DNA of 64,000 nucleotides, taken from contig NW_003314339.1 in the NCBI RefSeq assembly GCF_000143415.4, positions 365,751 to 429,750 of the forward strand, given 5' to 3'. Positions within the stretch are counted from its first letter, which is position 1, and every line of letters begins with the position of its first letter. Below the pieces are notes generated by a model, which was given only the letters and a program-made list of their open reading frames with translations, was not told the origin of the DNA and did not search any database. Below are positions 22,628 to 34,923 of the stretch, one piece after another. Origin of the DNA: Selaginella moellendorffii (taxonomy: Eukaryota > Plantae > Lycopodiophyta). Made by a program: the position numbers and the translations under genes.

Positions 22628-25319
22628 GACATCCAAGCCGGCTCCCTTTCGTCCTTGGGCGGCTGGATGCCTTGGATGATCGCCGCATTTTGCCGCGTCT
22701 TGGCGTCCGGAAGGGATGCGTCAGGGAGCGAAGCAATTGCGTCAGAATAGATGCAGCTGAGCTCCTGGACCAGCTCGTCCCAAGTCCGGCACGACAGGCC
22801 CGTTGTGTAGTTGAGAGAGAGGGGATGGAAAACGTCGCCTTTGTCTGGGTGCAACCGGATGGAGAGCTCCGAGGGATTCAAGCCACCCAAACATCGAGAG
22901 ATGGCAGCTTTCCGCTGCACAGAGGAAGACGAATACCCGAGTCTCTCCCACCCCGCGAAACCGTAGCCGCACTAAAATCTAACGGTTTGGATGGTATATT
23001 CTAAGATATCTTTTAATCCAACGGCTGTGATGTATTGCTCTTAACCTTTTATTTGTTTGTAGTTACCACTAATATAAACTGCGTTTATTCACTATTTCTA
23101 GCTTGTTGTCTAGCGTCTTTCTTGTTCAAATGGTAAGGAAGGCTTGCATATGCTAGGAGGGTCATCTAGAATTCAATGGCATAACATTGTGTGTGATTGA
23201 TTGATTATGCTAAAGTGACAACTGATGAGAATTTGGTATATATGATTGAATTGGTAAGCTCAATGGCATGTTTGTGTGCTGTTTGTGTGCTGCTGGAGCA
23301 AATCAAATATATATCTTCCCTTCCACAAAATTTGATTGCATGACTACAATGGACATGCACATAAGTTAATACTTTTTAATGATCTGTTTGTTTAAGTCTG
23401 TAAGAATGGATTCCATTGATTACAAGTTTAGTTTTGCTTCTTTACTATGATCTAGTACCAACTTAACACCCAGAAACTCAACACAGTTAATCTTAGGTGA
23501 GATTTTGAGGAGAGCCACTCTCACTAGTAAATTGTATAGTGTTAAAAAAAGGAAAATAACACCCAGAAACTCAACACAGTTAATTTAATAATAAAATAAT
23601 AAAATAATAAAGTAGTGTTCGTGTTAGATTATTCTTAATTGAAAGTGATGGGAATCGAACCCAGCAACCCTTCACAATGGAACATTACAGCATGCATGAT
23701 ATAACCACAAAGGAGGGATAGCAAAATATAGTTTCAGCACCTCTTATTGGATTTGGAATGAAAAACAAGATTTGGAATCCATCTGATTGTCCACGTGGAC
23801 GACATCCAGGGGCTGCGAGGCCAGAGGATCCACGCGCGGATCCTGGAGGCATGAAATCAAAGATTTCTTTGGAGGTGGCCAAATCCCCCCTCTGCTATTC
23901 ACTGCTGGAAGGGGAACCCATGGAACGTCCTGTCATTCTGGGCAGTAGATTCGTCCAGGACACCAGATCCTTGGCCGGCGTTTTTGCCCAAGCTCGATTT
24001 CGCTGCCACAATTTGCCCCTGCTGCGCGAGCGCCATTATCATCGAGTTCCATGGCGCTCTGAGACGCAATCAAACATAGACTCTCACTCTCGGATGCGGG
24101 ATGCCGCCACATACGCGGTGATCATCGCGTTCCAGGAGACGATCACGGAACTCCTTGTTCTTGGAAATCTCATGATGCCCGGACTGGGCATACAGTGTAC
24201 TGAGTGAGTGCCAAGCAACCACGTCAATCCAAGATCTTGTTTGCCTGGCTGAGATTGATGTAGGATTGTACGACCGTGTTGCAGGACGCGAGATTCCTCT
24301 GGGGCATTCAATCGAACAAGATTGACGCCGCATCGATCGAATGCCCTGTTCTTGCTGCTCGCATTTGCCAGCGAAAGGGAATATCGCGCGATCCAAGAGC
24401 CTGAACCCGCGTGGATCATTCGTGGCGTCGCGCGATAGAAGATTTAGCTCCAGCAACGCTGCCGAGAGCGACTTTGCGGAGAAAAATCCCTCGTTCATAC
24501 AAAAAAATTTGATTGGGTCTCTGGCTGTGGATTCGAACCTGTGACCTTGCCAATATATTTTTTTATTCTAGCCATCCTAATTGCTTCTTATAATGTAAAC
24601 AGCGGCGCAAGAGATTTTCGTTTAGTGGGCGCATGGCGCTCAGCGCGTTGCTGCTGTCAAGCTCAAGAAAGAAACCATTCTTTTCTCGATGGAATGAAAC
24701 TCTCACTTTCTCCATGCTCTGGCGAGGCCATGGCAAACAAAACGGGTTGGATGGACTCTGCATCTCAATCTGAGCAAGCACCTGATGCAGAAGCTATTTT
24801 TGAGAAACAAAGTATAAGTATGCTGCAACAAGAACCAGCAACATCTGTTTAAGATATTGTTCTGGAAGATGACTTGTCTAAGCTCGAGTTTGATTTGATC
24901 CAGGCACCCTGGTCCTGGGAATCTATTCTTCACTTGGTTGTCAAAGCTGGAGGTCCATAGGTTTGGATCCTCTCAAGTCCTTGGGGCGTGAGACTTGGAG
25001 CTCCAAGTTTTGATGTCTTTTCTTGGCAATAATATATTGCTCTGAAACCGTGAAAGCTTACTCACCTCCAAACAAAACTCCAGGGTTGCACCAGAGATTC
25101 AATAAACCTGTGAGAGCCTTGACCAAGCTCAAACTCAATCAGCTGAGAGCAAGCTTTCTCAAAAGTTTCCAAAGAGCAGATTGCATAACACAAAAAAGTA
25201 TACCAGGTCACCAACTCATCTCATCACAAGTTGCATTGTGGTCACTCCACGCCTTGGATGTTGATGAACTACAGGCCTCCATTTTATCTTGGAAAACGCT
25301 TGAGGCCAAAGGGTGGCGA
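22628..25319. repeat. Block A, copy 2
   Basis: Colinear with 1564-4275. The short PPR remnant at 4283-4336 reappears at 26214-26267. Confidence 0.9.
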
Positions 25320-25675
25320 AGATGAGGAATGAAGCGATCTAGACTGGGACAAGTGTATAAGCAAAATGAGCACGAGAAGAACCATACATACCGCGGAAAA
25401 GCAGTTTTTGTGCTTAGTTTGAAGATGTCTGAGACTGAGAAGAAAGACCATGCTGCTCGACTCATAGAGCACGCCCGGCAGCAGCAGACCGCCCGGGTAA
25501 AGAGCCCCCTGGATCGAAAATGTGCAGCAGTAGCGTGTAATGGCAATGGCGGTGGTTTTCCATGGCATCGTTCTTGAGCCTTGACGAGGAGGTGCCATCC
25601 AGCGAAGGTTTGCAGGAAGGATCTCCAGCGGTGGGCGCCTGGGCGAGAATGCGGTGAGCACAGATCTGGGAGGGG

Positions 25676-26045
25676 GAAGGCGCATCCACGAGGAAAATCG
25701 TCTCCAGCGGACTCGAGCTTCCTTGCTAATCTGGTCATAGAAATGTATGGAAAGTGCAGGCGCTGGAAATCTTCCAGAAGATGAAAGATCCGGCGGAGAT
25801 CCACGCGCTAGTCGTCGCTGTGGCCTGGCCTGGCCTGGATCACTTGTGCCAAGAGCACATGAAGGCGCATCCACGAGGAAAATCGTCTCCAGCGGACTCG
25901 AGCTTCCTTGCTAATCTGGTCATAGAAATGTATGGAAAGTGCAGGCGCTGGAAATCTTCCAGAAGATGAAAGATCCGGCGGAGATCCACGCGCTAGTCGT
26001 CGCTGTGGCCTGGCCTGGCCTGGATCACTTGTGCCAAGAGCACAT
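25676..26045 (+). repeat. 185-bp perfect tandem duplication of a PPR fragment
   Basis: Units 25676-25860 and 25861-26045. Contains FLANLVIEMYGKC, typical of PLS-PPR. Confidence 0.9.
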
Positions 26046-28054
26046 TCGAGCCTCATTCGGGGACATTCCTTCGAGTGTATTCGACAGGGATTGAGAAGAA
26101 TGGTTGGAGCTGCACTAGCATTGGACTTTTCCCCACTCTTTCATTCTCCAGCGCTGAAATTTGGCTCGACACTGGCGTCGTCTATCTTCCCAGATCTCCC
26201 CAACAAGCATCTTAAGTGTTCCATGATCGTGGACATGCTGTAGTCTTGGGCTATGGACGACAAGTAGCTCTTGGCTTTTCCCATCATCCCCACAATCAGA
26301 TAGTTATTGCCTATGGCAATCTTCAGCGCATAAATCAATGAATATATGATTGCAGGTGGGAGCATTATATATTTATATATGTGTGGATTTTTATTTTTAT
26401 TTTTTTTGTTTTGAGTTGTATGTATAAACTTTGTGAGTAAATGGATTTTGTTGTAATTGTGGTAAGGCATTACTTTCATCGATTCTTACATTTTTAATAT
26501 GTTTAGCATTGATATGGTTTGCATTTTTCATTACTTTCACCAAGGAACTAGCCTTAATAACATCCAGAAAGCAATTAACTCTTTGCATTAAAAAATATCA
26601 TGCTTAGAAGTAAACCCTATTGACATGTCAACATGAAATTAAAATTTACACAATGCAAAAAATTGTATATACAGTTTTGATTTAAACTTTGCAATGAATA
26701 TATGGCAGACACAAATGCATGCCCATGCATAAAAAAAATTATGTTTAATATATTTTTATAAGTCACACATGTTTATTATAACAATTTATGAACACATGCA
26801 TTGTTTTTATATATTTTTATATAATTTTATAAATTTTTGCCAAAACACCCCACCTCTTTTATTAGAAGGTCTACATCCCCCTAAAATTGCCATCACAAAT
26901 TGCTTGCTATTGTTTGAGGCCATTTGTTTAATCACCTTTGAAATAAAATCAATTAAGTAATAATCTCCCCGAATCCTTTACATGCATTACTTCAACCTTC
27001 TAATCACAAATAATTATGAATTTTTTTCCCTAAGATTGTGTGTGGCCATTAGCATTAAATTGAAGATTTAATACATCAATTGAAGAAAAATATACTAGAG
27101 TGCCCATATAACTCTCAATGGTATTGCTACCAATTATCTTTGTTAGAAAAATAATATTAAACATTATTCAAATGTCGAATATGCATCAAGTAAGTAGGCG
27201 TTCCAACAAGCACAGCGTTCCTCAGCATCTTACTTGGACACTGCTTCGACATCCGTTGACGACTGAGTTGACGACTGCAAAACGGAGTTGGAGTCGGCGT
27301 CGGAGTCAGTCGATGGCTGTGAAACGTACTCTTCAACATCGCTTCAGAGATGGCAAGCTCATGAACTGATCTGAATATTGTAGATGGTCGTCCATCTACG
27401 TCTGGAAAGCAAAGGTCTAAAGGCTTGTAGTAAAACCTCAATTCGGCTTCAGCTGCAGCAGTGACTTCGAGGAAAAGGTTTCGAGAGTAATAGCTCCTCG
27501 AATGTTAAGCCCGCCAAGGACCACTCCCTTATTCGCAATAGGATGTCCTCACAGAGGTGGCTCAGGCACGATCAGTCGACCACAGCCGGCATTGAGAACG
27601 TAAGTGGGATCAAGGCCTGCCATGAGCTTGTCGGTGTAGCAGCCTTCTCCTTTCAGCACTATTTCGCCAGCCTTTTCCCGAACTGCCTTATCTCGCAGTG
27701 TCCAGAAAACGTTTTAATCATGGAGTAACTTGTACCAAAACCATAAGCAGGAGTAAGTAGAAGAGTACACAACTTACGTCTGTGAATTAAGTAAAATATG
27801 GTACTGGAGCGCTTCGGCAGCTTCTGTAGCGCAATGCTGGCTTTTGCGCTTGTACACCACCGCCCGTTGCCAGAAAGGTGGTCGGCGTTTTACACTGGCA
27901 AACCAAGAAATTTGCTCAGCTTGCGGCCGTGCCAAATGTTGAGATAGTTTTTCTGCATGGGAGAGCACTGCTCAATGTCCTTGTCAAAAGAGGTCACATT
28001 GTATTAGAATGTGCCGTTGCATGTCGTGAGTTCAGGAATCACTATGTTTTGTAT

Positions 28055-29672
28055 TTAAGGGAAGATTACAATCACTGCAATGTCGTCGGTTGATCCACGC
28101 TCTTGCGAAATCTTTACTAGCTTCTTAGCGACATCCCCAGGAGAGGTATCATTTTCCCTGTTAAATAACTAGGATCAAAAGTGAGAAGAAAAGAGAGCTG
28201 GCTTACTGGGCAGACAAGCAAATGTCGACAGCGTCTTGAATCGCCATTGTTTCCCACAAGCCATCGGTTCCCAGAATGACTACCTTGTCATCTGCGTTTG
28301 AAACACAAAGCAGTATGAGAAGTTTACAAATAGTTCTAGTATGTTCTACCGGGAGAGATTTCTTGAATTGTGACATCTGGTTCAGCAGTCAAGCCAAAGC
28401 CACCTCCAGCACCATCAGGCTTCCCATCAGACCAGCTGTTTAATCAGTGACCAAAGCCGTGAGCTCACTGACTATTGGAAAGAATAAAAAAAAACTCAAG
28501 TGTCTCACTCACTCCTTTAGAAAAGCATCGCCAAATGCACGAGAAAGCGAGAGCAAGCCACCAATTCTCCATGTCCCTCCCACGTTTACAACCTGTACGT
28601 CAGTAAAGAAAATGTTTCTGGGATCTGAGGAAAGAAAATTTAGTGCCAACCAGAGGCTTTTTTGGCGTTGGATTCTTGGCCTCGATTCGTTTTCTCTCGG
28701 ATTCCACTTCTGGCTGCACGAGAGCAACGATCAGCATGCAAGCAAAACATTAGTCTCGCAGCAATGAACAAAACCTTGTGATCGACTGTAAGCTGGAGAG
28801 CTTTACCGCCTTTTGAGACCACAACTCGAGCATCTCCAACATTTGCAGCAACCAAGACCCGTGTGCCATCTGACCATCGAAACTCAACACCTTTGGAGAT
28901 GATATCCAAGTGATAAAACTTCTCAAACCTTTGGGAGGCATCAACACAGCTGTGGCAGCGGTGGCTCCACAGCGCGATCCACCAACACCTCGCTCTTGCA
29001 GTGCTCCGAAAAGTCCTTTTGGTTGAGCTAGCGTCATCTCGTCAACTTCTAGGTAGGCGCTTTTGGTGGCCTTTGCGAAGTTTCCACCTCCTAAAAGACA
29101 GTGGCATACAGCTTCTCTTTAAACTTTAGCTTATACAAGTGTACCTTGAGAGAGCTTTTTCTTGTACTCGGGCCATAGTCTCGTCTTTAGCAACCTGTGT
29201 GGAGCCACAGAAAAATATTAGATAACGAGAGAATCCATCGAGCTTTGCTTACTCTGCCACTGCAATTCCTCCATGCCCGTCAAAAACACCAAAAAAAGAA
29301 GGCTGTGATCCCGTAGAATCGATTGAAACGCTGACAGTATCTTCCATATTGGCTCGCCCTGTGCCTTGCACAGTCATGGCGCCATAGCTAGAAATTCATG
29401 CTTGGGTCATGACCGATCACACACAGGAAGAAAAAGAAGAAGACGCTACCTTTTCTTGTCCAAAGCAAGCGCGAAATTCACCACAAAACCCCTCCTCGAC
29501 GATCCAATCCTTCGCTTGGAAGTGGCAAAACCCTTGCATTCCAATGCTGCACAAACCACGACGCACTGCATCCATGACTGTTACGAATCACGATCCAGCG
29601 CCAAAATTTCTAGACCTGTGACTTACCTGGCCATGGCTGCCCCAAACCTGAACTAGCGCACAGCGACGCCAT
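28055..29672 (-). CDS. Protein phosphatase 2C (PPM family), multi-exon, possible plastid transit peptide
   Basis: Spliced motifs RANMED, FFGVFDGHGG, ANVGDARVV, LTVDHK, LSLSRAFGD, LGTDGLW, GSTDDIAVIVI*. Putative ATG 29672. Confidence 0.9.
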
Positions 29673-30471
29673 CGCTATATGCCCTCCACGTCCAAGGGCT
29701 TTTTGGTACATTCGTTTTAAATCCAGATTTCCCTCGCAAATTCCCATTACCAATAACCTTTTCCATTAGCACTAATCCAACTTTCGTTTTAGCCGTTTTG
29801 TAACAGTAAATAGAGAGCCGTTATATTGACAGCGTACGAAAATGTGACCGTTGGGCCACCCTTGTACGGCTTCACGTGGTCGGTGGTGGCCTCGGTTGAT
29901 TTTTCCTCATAAAATACTTTATTTTTACACTCGGACCATACCAGCCAAGCCAAGCTAAGCCACCATAGCCAATTTCTTACAAGTAAAATCCTCTAAAGCT
30001 AAGCGCAATGGGACCCCCCTCAAGGTGGGCGAGAGCTTTACGCTACTAGACGCGACTTTAAGAAATAGGAGGTGATCGCTTTGCTTTACTTCACTGGTCG
30101 CTTTCCTTTGAATTGCGACATGGAAAATGAATGAATCTCGCAATCAGTCTTGTTCACGACACAAGTTTGATCCAATCCATCCATTCCAAGGTACCTCCAC
30201 TGCATAATCTCCATAGTTTAGATTAGCGAAAGAGAAAGAGAGAGAGAGAGCTCTAAACAACACATTTATGGATCTTCCGGACAAGCTTATGAGCGCTGGG
30301 ACACACTACCACTAGGCTATACCAGAAAGAAGAAAAGAAGAAAAGGAAAAAGAGAGGCTTACAGAGAGTGTACTTGAGCTTACCTTGTAGGAGTAGCTCG
30401 TCGTTGGCGATCTCTCATGTTGGATCGATCGCTTGGCTCGATCCGGTCAGCCTCTGCAAGTAGAACAATCC

Positions 30472-32352
30472 ATGGATACTGCTACGGCGCTCTTGAGCCC
30501 GACTTCCTCCACAGATGGCGTCTCCTCGGCTTCCCTCATGATGATCGCCCAGCAGTTCTTCCAGCACCAGTCCATCCAGCACCACCAGGAGAGTGATGAT
30601 CTGCTGCTGCTGCCATCGCTCCCGCTCCACCAGCAACAGCAGCCCAGCATGAATCTCATGAGCTGCTGGAACATGATCAATCAGCAGCAGCAGCAAGGAT
30701 GCGAGCAAACACCAATTCAGCTCGCCCAGTGTGGCAGCGTCGTGGAAGAGGATGTCACGGCCTACTTGGATGGATTCACGCCCCCTGCAACGCCACCACA
30801 CCAGGAAGATCATCAGAAGAATCACCCAAAGCCGCAGCAGCAAGAGCAACAGCCAGACGATTGGATGGAGTACCTGATGATGAGCAGTTGCATCAGCGAT
30901 GGAGCGGCAGCTGTAGCCGAGCACCACCCCTCGGAATCCTCGCACAGCTCCGAGCTCTTCACCCCGGACGACATCTGGAGGGAGCACTTCGGCCTAAATC
31001 TCATGTCGAGTAGCTGCTGCTCCAGCGATCAACAGCAGTGGGATATCAGCAGCTTTACCACCGCCGCCGCCACCACGACCACGACCACGACCACGACCAC
31101 CACCGGAGGAGACGAACACCTCGCCGCGAATCCACAACACGTAAGTACTACCACTGTCAATCTTCGTAGCCAGCACCACCAGGAGCAGCAGCAAGATCGA
31201 GGAGGAGCCTTGGAGCAGCTCGTCCAGCTGCTGGTGTCGTGCCTGGACGACATGGAGAGCGGCCAAGCATCCCCGGCGATGGACAAGCTCGCCACTCTCA
31301 AGGCCATGGCGAGCTCATCCGGGAACGCTGTGGAGAAGTGTGCGTGGTACTTCTCCTCTGGACTGGAAGCTCGGCTCCACAGAAGAGGTGGCGATGATCA
31401 CAGCGATGGCGACGACGAAGAAGAAGAATCGCCCTCCTCCTCGCCCAACAAGGCCGAAGCCATAGCCATGGCGTACAAGACCCTGACCGATGCCTGCCCC
31501 TATCTCAAGTTCGCGCATCTCACCGCCAACCAGGCGCTGCTCGAGGCCACCGATGGAGCTCCCAAGATCCACATTGTCGACTACGGCACCATGCAAGGCG
31601 TCCAGTGGGCGGCATTCCTCCAGGCATTCGCGACATGGCCGGCCAAGAACCCTAGCCCCCGGTCGCTGCGAATCACTGGCATTCCCAGCCCCCACCTCGG
31701 ATCCAACCCCGCCCCGGCGATGCTCGCCACGCAGCGCCGCCTCACCGATTTCGCCAAGCTCCTGGGCGTGGATTTCCAGTTCTGCCCCATCCTGGAGCCC
31801 ATCCGCGACTTCCAGCCCTCGCAATCCCTGCGCACCGATCCCGACGAGGTCGTGGCCGTGAATTTCGTGCTCCAGCTCGCGCAGCTCCCCGCCCCGGCGC
31901 TCAAGCGCGCCTTCTCCCTCGTCCAGCGATTAAACCCTAGGATCGTCACGGTGGCCGAGTACGAGGCCAACAACGGCGCTAGCCTGCGCGATCAGCTGGC
32001 CAGCAACGCGCGGTTCTACTCCTCGGTCTTCGAATCGCTGGACGTGGCGCTGCCTGGCGATGATCCACAGCGCATCACCGCCGAGAGGCTCTTCTTCGGC
32101 AGAGAGATCACCAAGAGCCTGGTGGAGGGAACGAATTGCGAGTGCCCGGAGAAGCAGCGCGAGTGGCAGCGATGCATCGATGGCGCGGGGCTGTGGAGCG
32201 CGGCGCTGAGCCACTACACGGTGAGCCAGGCGCGATTGCTCCTCTGGCTCTACAACAAGAGTGAGAATTTCACGCTGCTCCAAGGGCCTGGGAGCTTGTC
32301 TCTCGGCTGGCTTGGCACCTCCATCGTCACCGTCTCGGCATGGCACTGCTAG
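30472..32352 (+). CDS. GRAS transcription factor, SCL4/SCL7-like, intronless
   Basis: YKTLTDACPYLKFAHLTANQALLEAT, IHIVD, LRITGI, VSAWH. Q/T-rich N-terminus. First ATG 30472. Confidence 0.93.
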   Translation: MDTATALLSPTSSTDGVSSASLMMIAQQFFQHQSIQHHQESDDLLLLPSLPLHQQQQPSMNLMSCWNMINQQQQQGCEQTPIQLAQCGSVVEEDVTAYLDGFTPPATPPHQEDHQKNHPKPQQQEQQPDDWMEYLMMSSCISDGAAAVAEHHPSESSHSSELFTPDDIWREHFGLNLMSSSCCSSDQQQWDISSFTTAAATTTTTTTTTTTGGDEHLAANPQHVSTTTVNLRSQHHQEQQQDRGGALEQLVQLLVSCLDDMESGQASPAMDKLATLKAMASSSGNAVEKCAWYFSSGLEARLHRRGGDDHSDGDDEEEESPSSSPNKAEAIAMAYKTLTDACPYLKFAHLTANQALLEATDGAPKIHIVDYGTMQGVQWAAFLQAFATWPAKNPSPRSLRITGIPSPHLGSNPAPAMLATQRRLTDFAKLLGVDFQFCPILEPIRDFQPSQSLRTDPDEVVAVNFVLQLAQLPAPALKRAFSLVQRLNPRIVTVAEYEANNGASLRDQLASNARFYSSVFESLDVALPGDDPQRITAERLFFGREITKSLVEGTNCECPEKQREWQRCIDGAGLWSAALSHYTVSQARLLLWLYNKSENFTLLQGPGSLSLGWLGTSIVTVSAWHC

Positions 32353-32526
32353 CTAGGCAATTCTTCCTTCTTCTTCCATCTCCTTCCATCTCCTTCCATC
32401 ACTCCATCGCCATGCCAAGGACGTGTATAGGCACTCTTTACTTACACCTCTCCAATTCCTTCTTCCACTGGGCATCTGGGAAAGGATTTTTACAATGTAT
32501 TCGATCGACTGACAATGGATCACGAA

Positions 32527-34149
32527 CTAATTAGAATCATAGGACTCGGACGTCCATAGCTTGGCTTCCGGGAGGATGTGATCTTCGGTGTGGCTGCTAC
32601 AAGCCCCTAGCAAAGCCAGCCTCGCAACTTCGCCGGGCTCGAATGGCATGGATTGCAAGAGCTCCTCGGCAGCTCCAAGCCATCCAGAGCGACCGATCAA
32701 ATCCACGACGCAGACAAAGTGATCTTCGCTTGGCTGGAGATGGAAATCCGATTTCATGGAGAGGAAGTATGTGTAGCCCTCGCTCCACAGCCCTACGTGA
32801 CTGCACATTGACAGGAGAATGGAGAAAGTTGAGGTTGTGGGATGTAGACCTTGAAAAACCATGTCCCAGAACACAGAGGTGGCTTTCGCAAAGTGCCCAT
32901 TTGCGGCAAATGCTGCTAACATAGCATTCCACAACACTGCGTTTGCATCTTGGGTGTTCTCAAACACGTTTTGGGCTTCACGGATGGTGCCACATCTTCC
33001 GTACATGTTGATCAACGCGCTTGACACCATTGTTCTTGAATGCTCCTTTGTTTGGAGTCGAAGATTCAAGTGTCTGTCATGGAAGCAGGAGTGAATGAGC
33101 TTTCCTTGGGAAAGATCCGTGAGGCTTGCACAGGATCCCAGAAGAATTGCAAGTGTTTCCATCTCCTCACGGATACCCTGAAGCTGCATCGAGTAAAAGG
33201 CTCCAAGAGCAATCCTGTCTTGCCCACACTTGGCATATGCTGTGATCAACGCATTCCACGATGCAATGGTCCACATTGGCATTCTATCAAACAGTTTTCT
33301 CGCTGAAATGAAACCAGAGTCTCTTGTGTCACCTGTAAGAAATGCATTCCAAGAAATAATGTCTCTGTGGGGCATTCTTTTAAACAAAGCAGCAGATTTC
33401 TCCAAGTTTCCACTCTGCATGTTTGTGACAATCATTGCATTCCAGCAAAGTATCGTGTGCTCTGGCATCATGGAAAAGAGCTTCTCAGCTTTCCTCAGCT
33501 CTCCGTTTGTGACAAAGGCTTGAATGATGCAGTTCCATGCGGTTTCGTCTCTGTGAGGCATATCCACAAACGTTCTCCATGCATGCAGCATTTGCCCTTC
33601 CTTGGCATATGCAGTTACGACGATATTGCATGTTGTTACATTCCTGTACGGCATCAACGCAAACACAGTGCGATATCCAAACGCCTGCACTGCTATGTTC
33701 CAGGTGATGATATTTTTCAAAAGCGTCATAGAGAAGAAAGCCCATGCACGATGCAAATCCCCACAGCGGATAAACGCCTGAAGCATCGCATTGCAAGATA
33801 CAACATCGGGTGCAGGCGTAGCGTCAAAAACCATGCTCGCCTTCGACAGTTCCCCAGCTTGGGCATATGTCGTAATCATGATATTCCACGTTGAGGTGCT
33901 CCTCATGGGCATGATCTCAAAGAGCGCCTCGGCATCGGGAGCTAAGCCGCAGCAGGCCAGCGCTCTGATCCTCGTATTCCAAGACGCGATGTCCGCAAGC
34001 CGGATGCCCATGCTTAACCTCACTTGGTTGCCTGCGTTCTTATCCAAAGTCCCTTTGTCACCTTGTGATGTTGGGTGTTTCGTCCAGAGCTCAAAGCAAA
34101 GCGCCTCTCTTGCCTTCATGCTGGACCGAAGTTGCGATCTGGCATGCAT
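32527..34149 (-). CDS. PLS-class PPR protein with partial E domain, no DYW
   Basis: Repeated SWNA/TWNI motifs, SALINMYGRCG, CSHVG, HFVCVVDLIGRSG, MPFEP...LLGAC. Start codon uncertain; ORF open to 34179. Confidence 0.88.
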   Translation of the reverse strand: MHARSQLRSSMKAREALCFELWTKHPTSQGDKGTLDKNAGNQVRLSMGIRLADIASWNTRIRALACCGLAPDAEALFEIMPMRSTSTWNIMITTYAQAGELSKASMVFDATPAPDVVSCNAMLQAFIRCGDLHRAWAFFSMTLLKNIITWNIAVQAFGYRTVFALMPYRNVTTCNIVVTAYAKEGQMLHAWRTFVDMPHRDETAWNCIIQAFVTNGELRKAEKLFSMMPEHTILCWNAMIVTNMQSGNLEKSAALFKRMPHRDIISWNAFLTGDTRDSGFISARKLFDRMPMWTIASWNALITAYAKCGQDRIALGAFYSMQLQGIREEMETLAILLGSCASLTDLSQGKLIHSCFHDRHLNLRLQTKEHSRTMVSSALINMYGRCGTIREAQNVFENTQDANAVLWNAMLAAFAANGHFAKATSVFWDMVFQGLHPTTSTFSILLSMCSHVGLWSEGYTYFLSMKSDFHLQPSEDHFVCVVDLIGRSGWLGAAEELLQSMPFEPGEVARLALLGACSSHTEDHILPEAKLWTSESYDSN

Positions 34150-34200
34150 AGCAAGAAACCAGCAGGAGGCCTGATCCACAGAATGCGGGAACTAATTCTC

Positions 34201-34851
34201 ATGAATTCGTCCTCACAGGCCATTGGCAGCAGCGGCAAAGGTGCGAGCGCTAGAGATGGTGGAGGAGGCTATGTCAAGCTCGTCAAGCCAGGAGGTAAAG
34301 TGGTGCAAGTCCGTGGCCCCGTGAGGGCAGGAGATGTGATGCAAAGCACACAGCACTATGTAACACGACCCGATGTGTTTCGTGTTTCACCTGTGAGCGC
34401 AGCGCTTCTCACACCGGATGTGATTCTCATGCCGGGCCACAAGTTCTATCTCCTCACTTTCCACACGGTGGCGAGCCTGTTAAGAAAGGAAGGTTTGCAA
34501 GCACAGGCTGATCCAGGGAAGAAATCTGTTGTGCTTCCAAAGGATTCAGGAGAGATCAAAGAGCATCGAGTGCATAACAAAGAGAACTTGGAGAACAACG
34601 TCAAGATCAACTCTTTGGAGCAGCTGATTTCCAAGAATGATCCAGGAGATTCAAGCAGTCCTAGCACCGACGCATTGGACGGTTGCTGCAGAGAACACTC
34701 CATACCTTGGTCTCCACCTTCAGGAAAGTATGTGAGGAGGCCATTGAGGCCATCATACTTCAGAAGGAGGCAGTCTTTCAGACCCATGCCCCCACTCCCT
34801 GAGAATGCAACCACATCATCTTCTTCCCCCTCGTTACAAAGTGGAGACTAA
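34201..34851 (+). CDS. DUF4228/PADRE-domain protein
   Basis: VKLVKPGGKV...PVRAGDVM...LTPDVILMPGHKFYLL and C-terminal FRPMPPLPE. ATG at 34183 or 34201. Confidence 0.7.
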   Translation: MNSSSQAIGSSGKGASARDGGGGYVKLVKPGGKVVQVRGPVRAGDVMQSTQHYVTRPDVFRVSPVSAALLTPDVILMPGHKFYLLTFHTVASLLRKEGLQAQADPGKKSVVLPKDSGEIKEHRVHNKENLENNVKINSLEQLISKNDPGDSSSPSTDALDGCCREHSIPWSPPSGKYVRRPLRPSYFRRRQSFRPMPPLPENATTSSSSPSLQSGD

Positions 34852-34923
34852 AACCATGCATAAGCTCAAGAGTTTTCTTGTGTACAGAATTCATTCCAGT
34901 TTTCAAAAGTTTTGTCTCGAGTG

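Noticed and set aside
23500-23530. Possible Helitron 3' end (gagag-cca-ctctc then CTAG)
   Set aside because: The stem is too short and too close to CTAG, and it is absent from the paralogous block.
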